A DNA stretch of 64,000 nt from an uncultured Acidobacteriota bacterium (GCA_963805975.1 CAWDVR010000001.1:1248001-1312000); one strand, 5' to 3'; positions 1 through 9,405 are shown, counted from the stretch's first letter. Notes: a model not told the origin generated them from the sequence alone. Numbers and translations are program-made.

Positions 1-1
1 C

Positions 2-187
2 GGCCGGCAGGGAGCGCTCTACGGCATCGGCCTGTCGATCGTGCTCGGCATGGTGTTCTTCGGCGTGCTGGCGCTGTTCACCGCCCTCGGCGGCGCTGCC
101 GTCCTGCCGCCGACGATCGCCGTCTGGGCACCGAGCGTGGTATTCGCGACGCTGGCGGTTTATCTCTTCCTGGGTGTTCGAAGCTGA
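2..187 (+). CDS. C-terminal fragment of LptF/LptG-family permease (partial, runs off window start)
   Basis: Frame 2 translates to GRQGALYGIGLSIVLGMVFFGVLALFTALGGAAVLPPTIAVWAPSVVFATLAVYLFLGVRS*, resembling the LptF/G C-terminal TM segment (G..LPP..AxWxP). Confidence 0.7.
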   Translation, partial: GRQGALYGIGLSIVLGMVFFGVLALFTALGGAAVLPPTIAVWAPSVVFATLAVYLFLGVRS

Positions 188-212
188 GCCGGCCACGGCC
201 TCGCGCGCAGCG

Positions 213-1442
213 TCAGAACCGCGACAGATCTCGGCCGAAGAGGCGGCTCTTGATCCAGTCGAAGAGCACCTTGACCTTGTTGGCCAGGCTCACTAGCTTG
301 GTCAGGTAGACCGAGCGCCAGAACAGCCAGGCGACCCGGCCGCTCCACTTGAATTGCGGCAGGTCGGCCAGCGCGCGGCCGCCTCCGATGTAGGCGAGCA
401 TGCCTTGCGGCCTGAAGCGAAAGGGCGGTACTTCTTCACCGACCGCGAGCCTGGGAAGCGACCGTGCCAGGTACTTGCCTTGCTGCTGTGCGACCTGGGC
501 GGTAGCCGGCAGCGGTGGCTCTGGCGAGGCGCAATCGCCGGCCGCGAAGACTCCCGGCAGGCCGGGCACTCGCAGCCAGGCATCGACGGCGAGGCGCCTG
601 CCCTCCCCCATCGGCTCGCCGAGCGTCGAGATGAAGGGTACCGGGGCGTTTCCTCCGGCCCAGATGACCAGGCCACAGTCCAAGACCTCTCCACCCTCGA
701 GCACCACCCGATCGGGCCCCACCTCCGTCACCCGCACGGAAAGCCGCAAGTCCACTCCTTCCCGCTTGAACTGGCTCTGGGTGTAGTCGGCCAAGGCCTC
801 GTCGAAGCCGCGCAGAATCCGCGTCCCGGCTTCGAGCAGGAGAACACGGGCGTAGCGGGCGAGATCGCCATAGCTGCGCCGTATCTCGTGGTCGAGCAAG
901 TCGTCGAGCTCGGCCGCCACCTCGACGCCGGTTGGACCGGCCCCGCAAACCACGAAGGTCAGGCGGCGGGCGATCTCCTGCTCGGAGATGCCGGGGACAT
1001 TGGCCTTGCCGAACTGCGCGAGCACGCGCTGGCGGATCTCTCGCGCCTGCTCCACCGAGGTAAGGGTGAGCGCGTAGGGATCGACCCCGGGAACTCCGTA
1101 GTCGGACACTGCACTGCCGACGGCGATCAACAGCACGTCGAAGGGCAGCGCGAACTCCTCTCCGGTCAGGACGCTCCGGCACCGCACCTGCCGTGAGGCG
1201 CGATCGAGGGCCAGGGCCTCGGCCTCGATCACCTTCACCCACCGCAGGCGGCGTCGGGCGGGCTCGAGGATGCTGCGGAACTCGACGGTGCCGGTGACCG
1301 CGGACGGCAGCAGCGGGGTGAAGAGGAAGTAGTTGCGCGGCGTGACCAAGACCGCATCCCAGTCACGCGCCTTGGCGCGTGACAGGAGCGAGTAGCCTGC
1401 GAACCCACAGCCGAGGACGATCAGTTTTTTCTTGGAGCTCAT
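213..1442 (-). CDS. ndh: Type II NADH:quinone oxidoreductase (NDH-2)
   Basis: GCGFAG FAD motif, FLFTPLLP, second Rossmann GAGPTGVE, ATAQVAQQQG, C-terminal WLFWRSVYL. Confidence 0.9.
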   Translation of the reverse strand: MSSKKKLIVLGCGFAGYSLLSRAKARDWDAVLVTPRNYFLFTPLLPSAVTGTVEFRSILEPARRRLRWVKVIEAEALALDRASRQVRCRSVLTGEEFALPFDVLLIAVGSAVSDYGVPGVDPYALTLTSVEQAREIRQRVLAQFGKANVPGISEQEIARRLTFVVCGAGPTGVEVAAELDDLLDHEIRRSYGDLARYARVLLLEAGTRILRGFDEALADYTQSQFKREGVDLRLSVRVTEVGPDRVVLEGGEVLDCGLVIWAGGNAPVPFISTLGEPMGEGRRLAVDAWLRVPGLPGVFAAGDCASPEPPLPATAQVAQQQGKYLARSLPRLAVGEEVPPFRFRPQGMLAYIGGGRALADLPQFKWSGRVAWLFWRSVYLTKLVSLANKVKVLFDWIKSRLFGRDLSRF

Positions 1443-1505
1443 GGCCTTGGAGGCGCATCATCCCCCGCCTGTGGCCTCCGCCGCAATGCGCCCAATCAGG
1501 CAGGC

Positions 1506-2114
1506 TCAGCGCAAACCTGCTCCACCGTCAGGACGCCTGGCGAGGAGCACTTGCCGGGTCATCGCCGTCAGGCAACGCGAGGTCAGCTTGCCGATGCTGG
1601 CCGGGCGATAGCCGAGCAGGCGAGCGACCTCGGGAGGCTCGAGACCCAGGCAGTACCGCAGGTGCAAGAGCACCCGACAGCGAGCAGAGAGGCGGCCCAG
1701 CAGCTTGGTCACATCGCACCACAGCTCGGCCCTCTCCTGGGGCGGCGGCACCCCTGCAGCGAGCCACTCGAGAACGGAGACCTCGGCCGCGTCGTAGAGC
1801 CGGCGCCTCTGCTGGCGCCAGTACACCAGGCATCCTTTGCGCAGCGTTCCGATCAACCAGGCTTCGGGCTCACGGATGCTCGCCCAGTGGTAAACCAGCG
1901 CGAGCAGAGCCTGCTGCAGGACGTCCTCGGTGTCGTCGGCCGGGATGCGGTACTGGGAGAGCACCCGCCGGAGGTGAGGGCGGACCCGGGTGAGAAAGCT
2001 CTCGAATGCGGTCGAAGATTCGGGGGAAAGAAAAAGACTGCGCGAAAAGTTCTCTCGTTCGGTAACCACCGAACCGAGGATAGCCGAAAGGCGAAACCCC
2101 GGCAAGGAGGCCAC
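1506..2114 (-). CDS. ECF-type sigma-70 factor (paralog 3)
   Basis: DTEDVLQ...AWL region-2 motif and LSARCRVLLHLRY..GL...EVARLLG region-4 HTH; start codon uncertain. Confidence 0.8.
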   Translation of the reverse strand: MASLPGFRLSAILGSVVTERENFSRSLFLSPESSTAFESFLTRVRPHLRRVLSQYRIPADDTEDVLQQALLALVYHWASIREPEAWLIGTLRKGCLVYWRQQRRRLYDAAEVSVLEWLAAGVPPPQERAELWCDVTKLLGRLSARCRVLLHLRYCLGLEPPEVARLLGYRPASIGKLTSRCLTAMTRQVLLARRPDGGAGLR

Positions 2115-2143
2115 ACGAGGCAGAGCGGAGCGGGCCCTCCCGA

Positions 2144-2686
2144 TCAGTCGAGGTCGGGAAGAAGCGTCGTCTGGCTGAAGCCTGCCTCGAGCAGCTCCCG
2201 GGTCAGCGAGGCGAGGCAGCGGCTGGTGACCTTGCGGATGCTGGACTGCCGATAGCCCATCCGCTCGGCGACCTCCGAGGAGCTACAGCCCAGCCCGTAG
2301 CGAAGGCGGAGCAAGGAGCGACAACGGGGCGGGAGCTTGCAGACCAGGCGATCGAGATCGTAGCGCAGCTCGGCCTTCTTCTGGCTGGGTGCCTCCGGCT
2401 CGGACAGCAGCTCGAGGATCGCGGTGTCCACTGCCTGGAAGAGGTGCTTCCGCTTCTTGCGCCAGTAGATCAGGCAGCGGTTGCGCAGCGTGACGATCAG
2501 CCACGCCTCCGGGTTGCGCACCACGTCCTGCTTGTGAATCAGGGTAAGAAAGGTTTCCTGGAGAACGTCGTCGGCATCCTGGGACGGGATGCGGTAACGG
2601 CCGAGAATCTGCACCAGCTTGGGCTGCACGTCTCGCAGGAGATCTTCGAAGACGACCGGCTCAGGAGCAGCGAAAGGAATGGTCAT
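2144..2686 (-). CDS. ECF-type sigma-70 factor (paralog 2)
   Basis: DADDVLQETFL, EAWL, LPPRCRSLLRLRY..EVAERMG; ATG at 2686 preceded by AGGAGG. Confidence 0.85.
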   Translation of the reverse strand: MTIPFAAPEPVVFEDLLRDVQPKLVQILGRYRIPSQDADDVLQETFLTLIHKQDVVRNPEAWLIVTLRNRCLIYWRKKRKHLFQAVDTAILELLSEPEAPSQKKAELRYDLDRLVCKLPPRCRSLLRLRYGLGCSSSEVAERMGYRQSSIRKVTSRCLASLTRELLEAGFSQTTLLPDLD

Positions 2687-2693
2687 AATCCTC

Positions 2694-3257
2694 CTAGAGC
2701 ACCGGGTCCGCAGGTTCTTCCGGCACTTCCGGCAGGAAGCCAACAGCGACCAACTGCCGGTTGAGCGCCGCCAGGCAACGGCTTGCCACCTTGCGAATGC
2801 TCGAGGCCCGGTAGCCCAGACGATCGGCGACCTCGGCCGGCTTGTATCCCAGCCCGTAACGGAGGCGAAGCAAATTCTGGCACCGCGCCGGCAGACACTC
2901 GAGCGCGCGCTCCAGATCGTGTGAAAGCTCCGACTGCGCCTGTTCCGGTGAGGCCGGTTCCGCCAGCAGCTCGAGGATCGCGGAGTCCACCGCGTCGGTC
3001 AGGCGTGAGCGCCGGCTGCGCCAATACATCAGGCAGCGCCGCTTGAGCGTGGCCAAGAGCCAAGCCTCGGCGCTGTGGATCTTCTCCCACTTGTACAAGA
3101 GGGTCAGAACGGAGTCCTGGATCAGATCCTCCGCATCCTGGGGCGGGATCTGGTAGTAACAGAGGATCCGTTCCAGCTTCGGCTGAACCTTGGGTACCAG
3201 GCGGTTCAGCGATTCCCAGGCAGAAGGGTCGTCAAGAGTCGCCATGCGAATTCCCAT
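2694..3257 (-). CDS. ECF-type sigma-70 factor (paralog 1)
   Basis: DAEDLIQD, EAWL, LPARCQNLLRLRY..EVADRLG; ATG at 3257 preceded by GGAGG (alternative ATG 3245). Confidence 0.85.
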   Translation of the reverse strand: MGIRMATLDDPSAWESLNRLVPKVQPKLERILCYYQIPPQDAEDLIQDSVLTLLYKWEKIHSAEAWLLATLKRRCLMYWRSRRSRLTDAVDSAILELLAEPASPEQAQSELSHDLERALECLPARCQNLLRLRYGLGYKPAEVADRLGYRASSIRKVASRCLAALNRQLVAVGFLPEVPEEPADPVL

Positions 3258-3407
3258 ACCCTCCGAACGTTGTCTCCCTGCCGGCTGATGGGAGATTCTA
3301 TCCCATCTCCAGCCCGAGACCTCGATCCTTTGCGCCGCTGCCGGCCATTCTCTCGGGAGATCCAGCTCATGCAACGGGGTCGCGCCGAATCATTCCCAGG
3401 TCTCTAT

Positions 3408-3436
3408 ATGCTAACACCACCGGCCGAACCTGTCTA
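3408..3436 (-). promoter_or_regulatory. Putative sigma70-like promoter for the sigma triplet
   Basis: Minus strand TAGACA-N17-TAGCAT with extended TG before the -10. Confidence 0.5.
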
Positions 3437-3575
3437 CAGTTTTTCTCAGTGCAGCACTGTTGTCGTTTCCCCGTCGGAGACTTGGCATACTCGGCGGACT
3501 AACCCAGACTTTCGCGAAAGTAGAGAAGGAGAGATGAGGCACTCTCTTTTGGGTACGGTCCCTACACGCCAGGCT

Positions 3576-4757
3576 CTATGCCCCGATACCGGCCACGACC
3601 TCGCCCGGTACTCCGGCCGCCGCCCGGATCTCTGCCGCACGGTCCGTCCGCTCCCAACTGAAACCCGATTCGGCGCGGCCGAAGTGGCCGTATGCCGCGG
3701 TCTGCCGATAGATCGGCTGCCGCAGAGCGAGGAACTCGATGATGCCGCGCGGGGAGAGCGGGAAATGCTCGCGCACCAAGCCCTCGATCCGGCGATCGTC
3801 GATGCACCCCGTGCCCCGGCTGTCGACGTGGATGGAGACCGGCTCGGCAACGCCGATCGCATAGGCGAGCTGGATCGCCACGGTGTCCGCCAGGCCGGCC
3901 GCCACCAGGTTCTTGGCAATGTGCCGGGCCATGTAGCTCGCCGAACGGTCCACCTTCGTCGGGTCTTTGCCCGAGAACGCCCCTCCCCCGTGGCTGCCCA
4001 CGCCGCCGTAGGTGTCGACGATGATCTTGCGGCCGGTCAGGCCGCAGTCTCCTTGCGGCCCGCCGATGACGAAGCGGCCGGTGGGGTTGATGTGGAAGAT
4101 GGTGTCGCCGTCGATCCACTGGCTGGGGATCACCGGGCGGATGACGCCCTCGATGACCTCCGCTTTCAGCTCGTCGAGGGGAACGTCCGGATGGTGTTGC
4201 GTGGAAACGACGACCGTGTGCACCCGGCTCGGCCGGCCGTCGGCATACTCGACGGTCACCTGGCTCTTGCCGTCCGGGCGCAACCAGCGGATCTCGCCGC
4301 TGCGCCGCGCCTCGGCCAGGCGGCGGGTCAGCTTGTGCGCCAGGGTGATCGGCAACGGCATCAGCTCGTCAGTCTCGCGGCAGGCGTAGCCGAACATGAT
4401 CCCCTGGTCGCCGGCGCCGCCGGTGTCGACGCCCATCGCGATGTCGGGCGACTGCGGGTCGATCGCCGAGATCACCGAGCAGGTATTGCCGTCGAAGCCG
4501 ATCGCGGCGTCGTCATAGCCGATGTCGAGGATCACGCCGCGCGCCACGCGCGCGAAGTCGACCCGGGCCTGCGTCGTGATCTCGCCGGCGAGGAACGCCA
4601 AGCCGGTCGTGACCAGGGACTCGCAAGCCACTCGGCTCGTGGGGTCCTGCTTCAGAACCTCGTCGAGGATGGCGTCGGAGATCTGGTCACAGACCTTGTC
4701 GGGGTGCCCCTCGGTCACCGACTCGGAGGAAAAGAGGTAGTGGTGCGCTCGGCTCAT
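3576..4757 (-). CDS. metK: S-adenosylmethionine synthetase
   Basis: [26 protein letters not shown] motifs. Confidence 0.98.
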   Translation of the reverse strand: MSRAHHYLFSSESVTEGHPDKVCDQISDAILDEVLKQDPTSRVACESLVTTGLAFLAGEITTQARVDFARVARGVILDIGYDDAAIGFDGNTCSVISAIDPQSPDIAMGVDTGGAGDQGIMFGYACRETDELMPLPITLAHKLTRRLAEARRSGEIRWLRPDGKSQVTVEYADGRPSRVHTVVVSTQHHPDVPLDELKAEVIEGVIRPVIPSQWIDGDTIFHINPTGRFVIGGPQGDCGLTGRKIIVDTYGGVGSHGGGAFSGKDPTKVDRSASYMARHIAKNLVAAGLADTVAIQLAYAIGVAEPVSIHVDSRGTGCIDDRRIEGLVREHFPLSPRGIIEFLALRQPIYRQTAAYGHFGRAESGFSWERTDRAAEIRAAAGVPGEVVAGIGA

Positions 4758-4851
4758 CGATCTTCACCTTGAATTGACTTCGTAAATGAACTCGTTTTGG
4801 GTCGAGGAGGGAGGGTACTTCAGCGATGGTAGCAGAGCGACGCCGCCGGCG

Positions 4852-5448
4852 TCACTCCCCCGCTCTGCTCTGCAGCACCCCGTAGCAAAGAGTCGAAAGA
4901 GCGTGGAAAGTGGAGAGCGCGACGGCAGTCCGACGGGTCTCGACACCCGCCGTCACCGAGCTGATGATGCCGCCCTGGCGCCGGGTTCCGGGAATGGTGA
5001 CCCGCTCGCTGCCACCGGCGATCTCGCTCGACAGATGGCGATCGGGGAGCTGCACGGCGCCGCTCGAGCCGCAAGCTTCGCCGAGCGCGCTCGCCACCAC
5101 GCACCAGCTGCGGATGAAATAGCGAGTCCGACCGGCGACCTCGACCGGCTGCAGGCCGCCTTCGATCGCGACGTAGAAATGATAGGTGTCGCGCAGGCGA
5201 TCTCGCAGCTCGACCGCCTGCGACCTGGCCAGCTCGAGGGTGGCCTGATCGGTGATCGGCAGGCCGGCGGCCGGTTCGTCTTGCTGTTGCGGCACCACGA
5301 CCACGGAGGTGGCGCGCTGGAGGCCTTGTTGGAAATAACGCAGGAAGGCGTCGCGCACGCCCAGGAGCTTCTCCGGGGCCGCACCCGCGACGGTGACCTC
5401 GACGCCCTGTTGGAGACGGCGCCAGAACTCCTTAGGATGCTCGTTCAT
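4852..5448 (-). CDS. DUF84 / YjjX-like non-canonical purine NTP phosphatase (divergent)
   Basis: V.....PEK..GVRDAF, AIEGG, G.SGAVQLP, GIISSVTAGVETR resemble YjjX; start ATG 5448 or GTG 5454. Confidence 0.65.
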   Translation of the reverse strand: MNEHPKEFWRRLQQGVEVTVAGAAPEKLLGVRDAFLRYFQQGLQRATSVVVVPQQQDEPAAGLPITDQATLELARSQAVELRDRLRDTYHFYVAIEGGLQPVEVAGRTRYFIRSWCVVASALGEACGSSGAVQLPDRHLSSEIAGGSERVTIPGTRRQGGIISSVTAGVETRRTAVALSTFHALSTLCYGVLQSRAGE

Positions 5449-6226
5449 GATCACCAGCCGCCAGAATAGGACGCTGAAGGATATTCGCCGTCTCCGGCGA
5501 AGTAAAGGCGACTGGGTGCTGCTCGAGGGCGAGCACCTGGTCGCCGAGGCCATCGCCGGCGGCCTGCTTCTGCACGACGTGCTGGCGACACCGGAGTACC
5601 TGGCGACTCCCGCGGGACAGGCCCTCGCCCGGCGAGTTTCCTTCCCCCTGACCGAAGTGGCCGCCGAGGCCATGCGCTCGCTGGCCGACACCGATTCACC
5701 GCCAGGCGTGCTGGCGACCGCCGAGCTTCCGCGGCTGAAGGTCGAGGAGCTGCCGATGATCGAAGGCGGCGTCTACGTCTATGGCGACGGCTTGCAGGAT
5801 CCCGGCAATCTGGGCGCACTCGCCCGGGTTGCGGAGGCGAGCGGCGCCGCCGCCCTGGCCCTGGCACCCGGCGGCGCTCACCCCAACCACCCGCGGGCCC
5901 TCCGCGCCTCGGCCGGCAGCTTGCTAAGGCTGCCCACCGCAACCCAGGTCGTCCCCGAGGCACTGGCCCGTCACCTGCGACCGATCGAGCCGCGTTGGAT
6001 CTGCCTGGTCGCGGCCGGTGGCGAGAGTCTCTATGAAGCCGACCTCACCGGACCGCTGGTGGTGGCGATCGGCGCCGAGGGTCCAGGAGTGTCGAGCCCG
6101 GTGCTCGAGCGCGCCGACCGCCGCATCACCATCCCCGTCCGCCCCCCGGTCGAGTCCCTCAACGCGACCGTCGCCGCCGCTCTCACGCTCTTCGAGGCAG
6201 CAAGGCAGCGAGTCGGCCGGCTCTAG
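5447..6226 (+). CDS. TrmH/SpoU family RNA methyltransferase
   Basis: ITSRQN N-terminus, LQDPGNLG, IGAEGPG, ESLNATVA motifs. Confidence 0.92.
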   Translation: MITSRQNRTLKDIRRLRRSKGDWVLLEGEHLVAEAIAGGLLLHDVLATPEYLATPAGQALARRVSFPLTEVAAEAMRSLADTDSPPGVLATAELPRLKVEELPMIEGGVYVYGDGLQDPGNLGALARVAEASGAAALALAPGGAHPNHPRALRASAGSLLRLPTATQVVPEALARHLRPIEPRWICLVAAGGESLYEADLTGPLVVAIGAEGPGVSSPVLERADRRITIPVRPPVESLNATVAAALTLFEAARQRVGRL

Positions 6227-7206
6227 CTCTTGGCCTCGCGCACCGCCTGGGTGATCAACGGCAGCAGCTCGTGCAGGTCGCCGACGATGCCGTACCGGGC
6301 GATCTGGAAGATGGGGGCGCTCGGATCCTTGTTGATGGCGACGATGACCGACGAGCCCTTCATCCCCACCGTGTGCTGGATGGCGCCGGAGATCCCGGCC
6401 GCGATGTAGAGCCGTGGCGCCACGGTCTGGCCGCTCGAGCCGATCTGGCGGTCGCGGGGCAGCCAGCCGTTGTCGATCACCGGCCGGCTGGCCGCGATCT
6501 CGGCGCCCAGGGCCTTCGCCAGCTCCTCGATGGGGCCCAGCTTGTCGGCGCCGCCCACGCCCCGCCCGGCTGCGACGATGATTCCCGCCTTGGTGAGGTC
6601 GACCTTCTCGCCGCCCACCGCTTCGACGCCGAGGATCTCGCGGTCCGGCCGGGCCGCGTCGAGATCCACGGCCAGCGCTGCGATCGGCGCGGAGCCGCTC
6701 TCGGCCGAGTCGGCGGCGAAGGCTCCGGACTGCACGGAGAGGATCACCGTGCCCTCCCCCTTCACCCGCACCCGTGCCTCCATCTTGCCGCCCAGGATGG
6801 GCCGCTTCCACACCAAGCCCTCGGCCCCCCCCTCGAAGCCCGTGACCTCCGGCAGCAGGCCAGACCCCGTCGCCTGCGCCAGGCGGGCCATGAAGTCCAC
6901 AGACTGGTAGGTATGGGGCAGGACCACGAAGCTCGGGCGGTCGGCGGCGATCGCCGGCGCCAGGGCCGCCACGTAAGCGCCCGGCGTGTAGGCCGCGAGA
7001 TGCGGATGGTCCGCGACCCGGACGGCGCCCAACTGGTAGCCCGCCACGGTCTCGGCGAGAGAGGCGACGCCGGACCCCAGGAGGATCGCTTCCGCAGTCG
7101 CACCGATCTCCTGGGCCAGGCGCTGTCCGGCCGCGAGAGCCTCGCGAGACATGCGGTGGAGCTGGCCTTCACGCTGCTGTACGACCACCCAGACCGTGCT
7201 CGCCAT
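6223..7206 (-). CDS. etfA: Electron transfer flavoprotein alpha subunit
   Basis: [38 protein letters not shown]. Confidence 0.95.
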   Translation of the reverse strand: MASTVWVVVQQREGQLHRMSREALAAGQRLAQEIGATAEAILLGSGVASLAETVAGYQLGAVRVADHPHLAAYTPGAYVAALAPAIAADRPSFVVLPHTYQSVDFMARLAQATGSGLLPEVTGFEGGAEGLVWKRPILGGKMEARVRVKGEGTVILSVQSGAFAADSAESGSAPIAALAVDLDAARPDREILGVEAVGGEKVDLTKAGIIVAAGRGVGGADKLGPIEELAKALGAEIAASRPVIDNGWLPRDRQIGSSGQTVAPRLYIAAGISGAIQHTVGMKGSSVIVAINKDPSAPIFQIARYGIVGDLHELLPLITQAVREAKS

Positions 7207-7207
7207 C

Positions 7208-8002
7208 TCAGATCACCCTCGCTTCTTGCTGTAGCTTGGCGACCAGCGCCTTCGCCGCCGTGGCTGGATCGCCGGTCAGGATCTCCGCTCCGGAGCCGCT
7301 CGCCGGGAAGGCCACGGAAACGATCTCCAGCCGCGAGCCGGCGGCTCCCACCTCTTCGGCGGCGAGGCCGAGATCGGCTGCCTTCACTTCGTCTACCGGC
7401 TTTTTCTTCGCCGCCATGATCCCTTTGAGCGACGGGTAGCGCGGGTGGTTGATCCCCGCCTGCACCTCGAGCACCGCGGGCAGCGCGAGGCGCAGGAGCT
7501 CGTTCATGCCGCTCTCCATCTCGCGGGTGACGCGGGCGTGCGTGCCGCTATCCTCGACCTCGATCCCCATCACCAGCCAGGCATGGGGCCAGCCGAGATG
7601 GCCGGCGATCACCGAGCCGGTGCCGCCGTAGCCGACGTCGTCGGACTGCGAGCCGGTGAGCACCAGGTCGAAGGTCTCGCGACCGATGGCGGCGGCGAGA
7701 GCTCTGCCGGTCGCCAGCGCGTCGCCGCCCGCGAAGCCGGGGTCGTTCAAGTGGACGGCGCGCGCGGCGCCCAGGGCCAGGGCCTTGCGGAGCGCGTCCT
7801 TGGCCCGCTCCGGGCCGAGCGTGAAGACGACCACCTCGCCACCCCGCTTCTCCGTCCACGCGAGCGCTTCTTCCAGCGCGTACTCGTCGCTCTCGTTGAG
7901 GACGAAGGGCAGATCGGATTCCTCGATCCATCGGCCGTCCCTCGCAACCCGGAGCCTCGCTTCCGTGTCGGGGACCTGCTTGATGCAAACAGCGATGCGC
8001 AT
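7208..8002 (-). CDS. etfB: Electron transfer flavoprotein beta subunit
   Basis: MRIAVCIKQVPD, DEYALEEAL, PRYPSLKGIMAAKKKP; AGGAG before ATG 8002. Confidence 0.95.
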   Translation of the reverse strand: MRIAVCIKQVPDTEARLRVARDGRWIEESDLPFVLNESDEYALEEALAWTEKRGGEVVVFTLGPERAKDALRKALALGAARAVHLNDPGFAGGDALATGRALAAAIGRETFDLVLTGSQSDDVGYGGTGSVIAGHLGWPHAWLVMGIEVEDSGTHARVTREMESGMNELLRLALPAVLEVQAGINHPRYPSLKGIMAAKKKPVDEVKAADLGLAAEEVGAAGSRLEIVSVAFPASGSGAEILTGDPATAAKALVAKLQQEARVI

Positions 8003-8171
8003 CGCGATATCTCCTGCGGCAGAAAGACGCGGCGAAGCCCGAAAGCGGCGGCAGGATAACACGCTGCAACGAGCCTCGGCCGGTGCTCGGCGCGTGGACA
8101 GATGCCGGCCCGCATGCTACCTTTCGCGCCGGCTCGGCGGCCATTCCGCGAGCCGGCTCGCGGGCTATCCC

Positions 8172-8921
8172 ATGCACATACCTGCCGTTCTTCCGTTCGC
8201 TCTCCTCGCCGCCGCGCAACCGCCGTCGGGCGCCGCGGGCTCGGGCCTGACGGAGTCGTTCGCGCGCTCCGGACCGATGGCGAAAGTGGTCCTCGCCATC
8301 CTAGTCGGCTTCTCGCTCGTCTCCTGGGCGATCATGATCTGGAAGGTGCTCCAGCTCCGCCAGGCCGAGCGCCAGAGCGCGCAGTTCCTCGACACCTTCC
8401 GCCACAGCAAGCGCTTCTCCGAGGTCAGCGCCATGGCGCCGCGCGTGCACTCCTCGCCGCTCTTCGGCATCTTCCAGGCCGGTTACGCCGAGATCGACAC
8501 CCAGATCAAGAGCCAGGAGCCGGCCGGTGCCAACGACCCCAAGCGCTACCGCATCCGCTCCCTGGCCTCGGTCGAGCGGAGCCTGCGCCGGGCGCTGGCG
8601 GCCGAGCTCGGAGACCTCGCCCGCGGCAGCCACTTCCTCGCCACCACCGCCGCCGCCACGCCGTTCATCGGCCTCTTCGGCACGGTGTGGGGCATCATGA
8701 GCTCCTTCCAGCAGATCGGTGCCACCGGCTCGACCTCGCTGGACGCCATCGCACCGGGCATCGCCGAGGCGCTGATCAACACCGCGGCCGGCCTGGGTGC
8801 GGCGATCCCGGCGCTCGTCGGTTACAACTTCCTCGCCCACCGCCTGCGGCGATTGCGGGCGGGAATGGAAGACTTCGTGAGCGAGTTCCTGAATCTGACG
8901 GAGAGGAATTTCACGGCATGA
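8172..8921 (+). CDS. tolQ: TolQ (MotA/TolQ/ExbB family)
   Basis: TPFIGLFGTVWGIM, APGIAEALINTAAGL; first gene of tol-pal cluster. Confidence 0.92.
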   Translation: MHIPAVLPFALLAAAQPPSGAAGSGLTESFARSGPMAKVVLAILVGFSLVSWAIMIWKVLQLRQAERQSAQFLDTFRHSKRFSEVSAMAPRVHSSPLFGIFQAGYAEIDTQIKSQEPAGANDPKRYRIRSLASVERSLRRALAAELGDLARGSHFLATTAAATPFIGLFGTVWGIMSSFQQIGATGSTSLDAIAPGIAEALINTAAGLGAAIPALVGYNFLAHRLRRLRAGMEDFVSEFLNLTERNFTA

Positions 8922-8970
8922 GTGGCACGGCATGAGTGGCACGGCATGAGCGGCACGGCATGAGCGGCAC
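8912..8970 (+). repeat. 14-bp tandem repeat x4 (CACGGCATGAGYGG) at tolQ/tolR junction
   Basis: Four consecutive units read directly at 8912, 8926, 8940, 8954. Confidence 0.95.
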
Positions 8971-8973
8971 CCG

Positions 8974-9405
8974 ATGATGAACCCGGGCGCCGATTCCGAA
9001 GACGAGGTCCTGGCCGACATCAACGTCACTCCCCTGGTGGACGTGATGCTGGTGCTGCTCATCATCTTCATGATCGCCGCGCCGATGCTGCACCAGGGCA
9101 TTCCCGTCGAGCTGCCCAAGGCGCAGGCGCAGCCACTGCCGCAAGACGTGAAAGACCCGCTCGTGCTCTCCGTCAACCGCGACGGCATCGTCTACCTCCG
9201 GGACACCCCGGTGCATCCCAGCCAGCTCGTCCAGCGCCTGCTGCCGCAGCTCCAGGCGCGCAGTGACAAGAGCGTTTTTTTAAAAGGCGACAAGGACGTG
9301 GCCTACGGCAAGGTGATCGAGGTGCTGGAGGTGCTGCGCCAGGGAGGGATCACCGACGTGGGCATGGTGACCGAACCGCTCCGACCTTCGGGCACCGCTC
9401 GCTAG
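8974..9405 (+). CDS. tolR: TolR (ExbD/TolR family)
   Basis: INVTPLVDVMLVLLIIFMI motif. Confidence 0.93.
   Translation: MMNPGADSEDEVLADINVTPLVDVMLVLLIIFMIAAPMLHQGIPVELPKAQAQPLPQDVKDPLVLSVNRDGIVYLRDTPVHPSQLVQRLLPQLQARSDKSVFLKGDKDVAYGKVIEVLEVLRQGGITDVGMVTEPLRPSGTAR

Noticed and set aside
3075-4772. 565-aa plus-strand ORF antisense to metK, with an AAGGAG-ATG near 3534
   Set aside because: Shadow ORF typical of GC-rich codon bias; no recognisable protein motifs.
4758-4851. SAM riboswitch upstream of metK
   Set aside because: The interval is short and shows no recognisable SAM-I/II core.
8912-8970. Possible CRISPR array in the short repeats here and at 53827-53952
   Set aside because: Units are contiguous with no unique spacers, and no cas genes are present.
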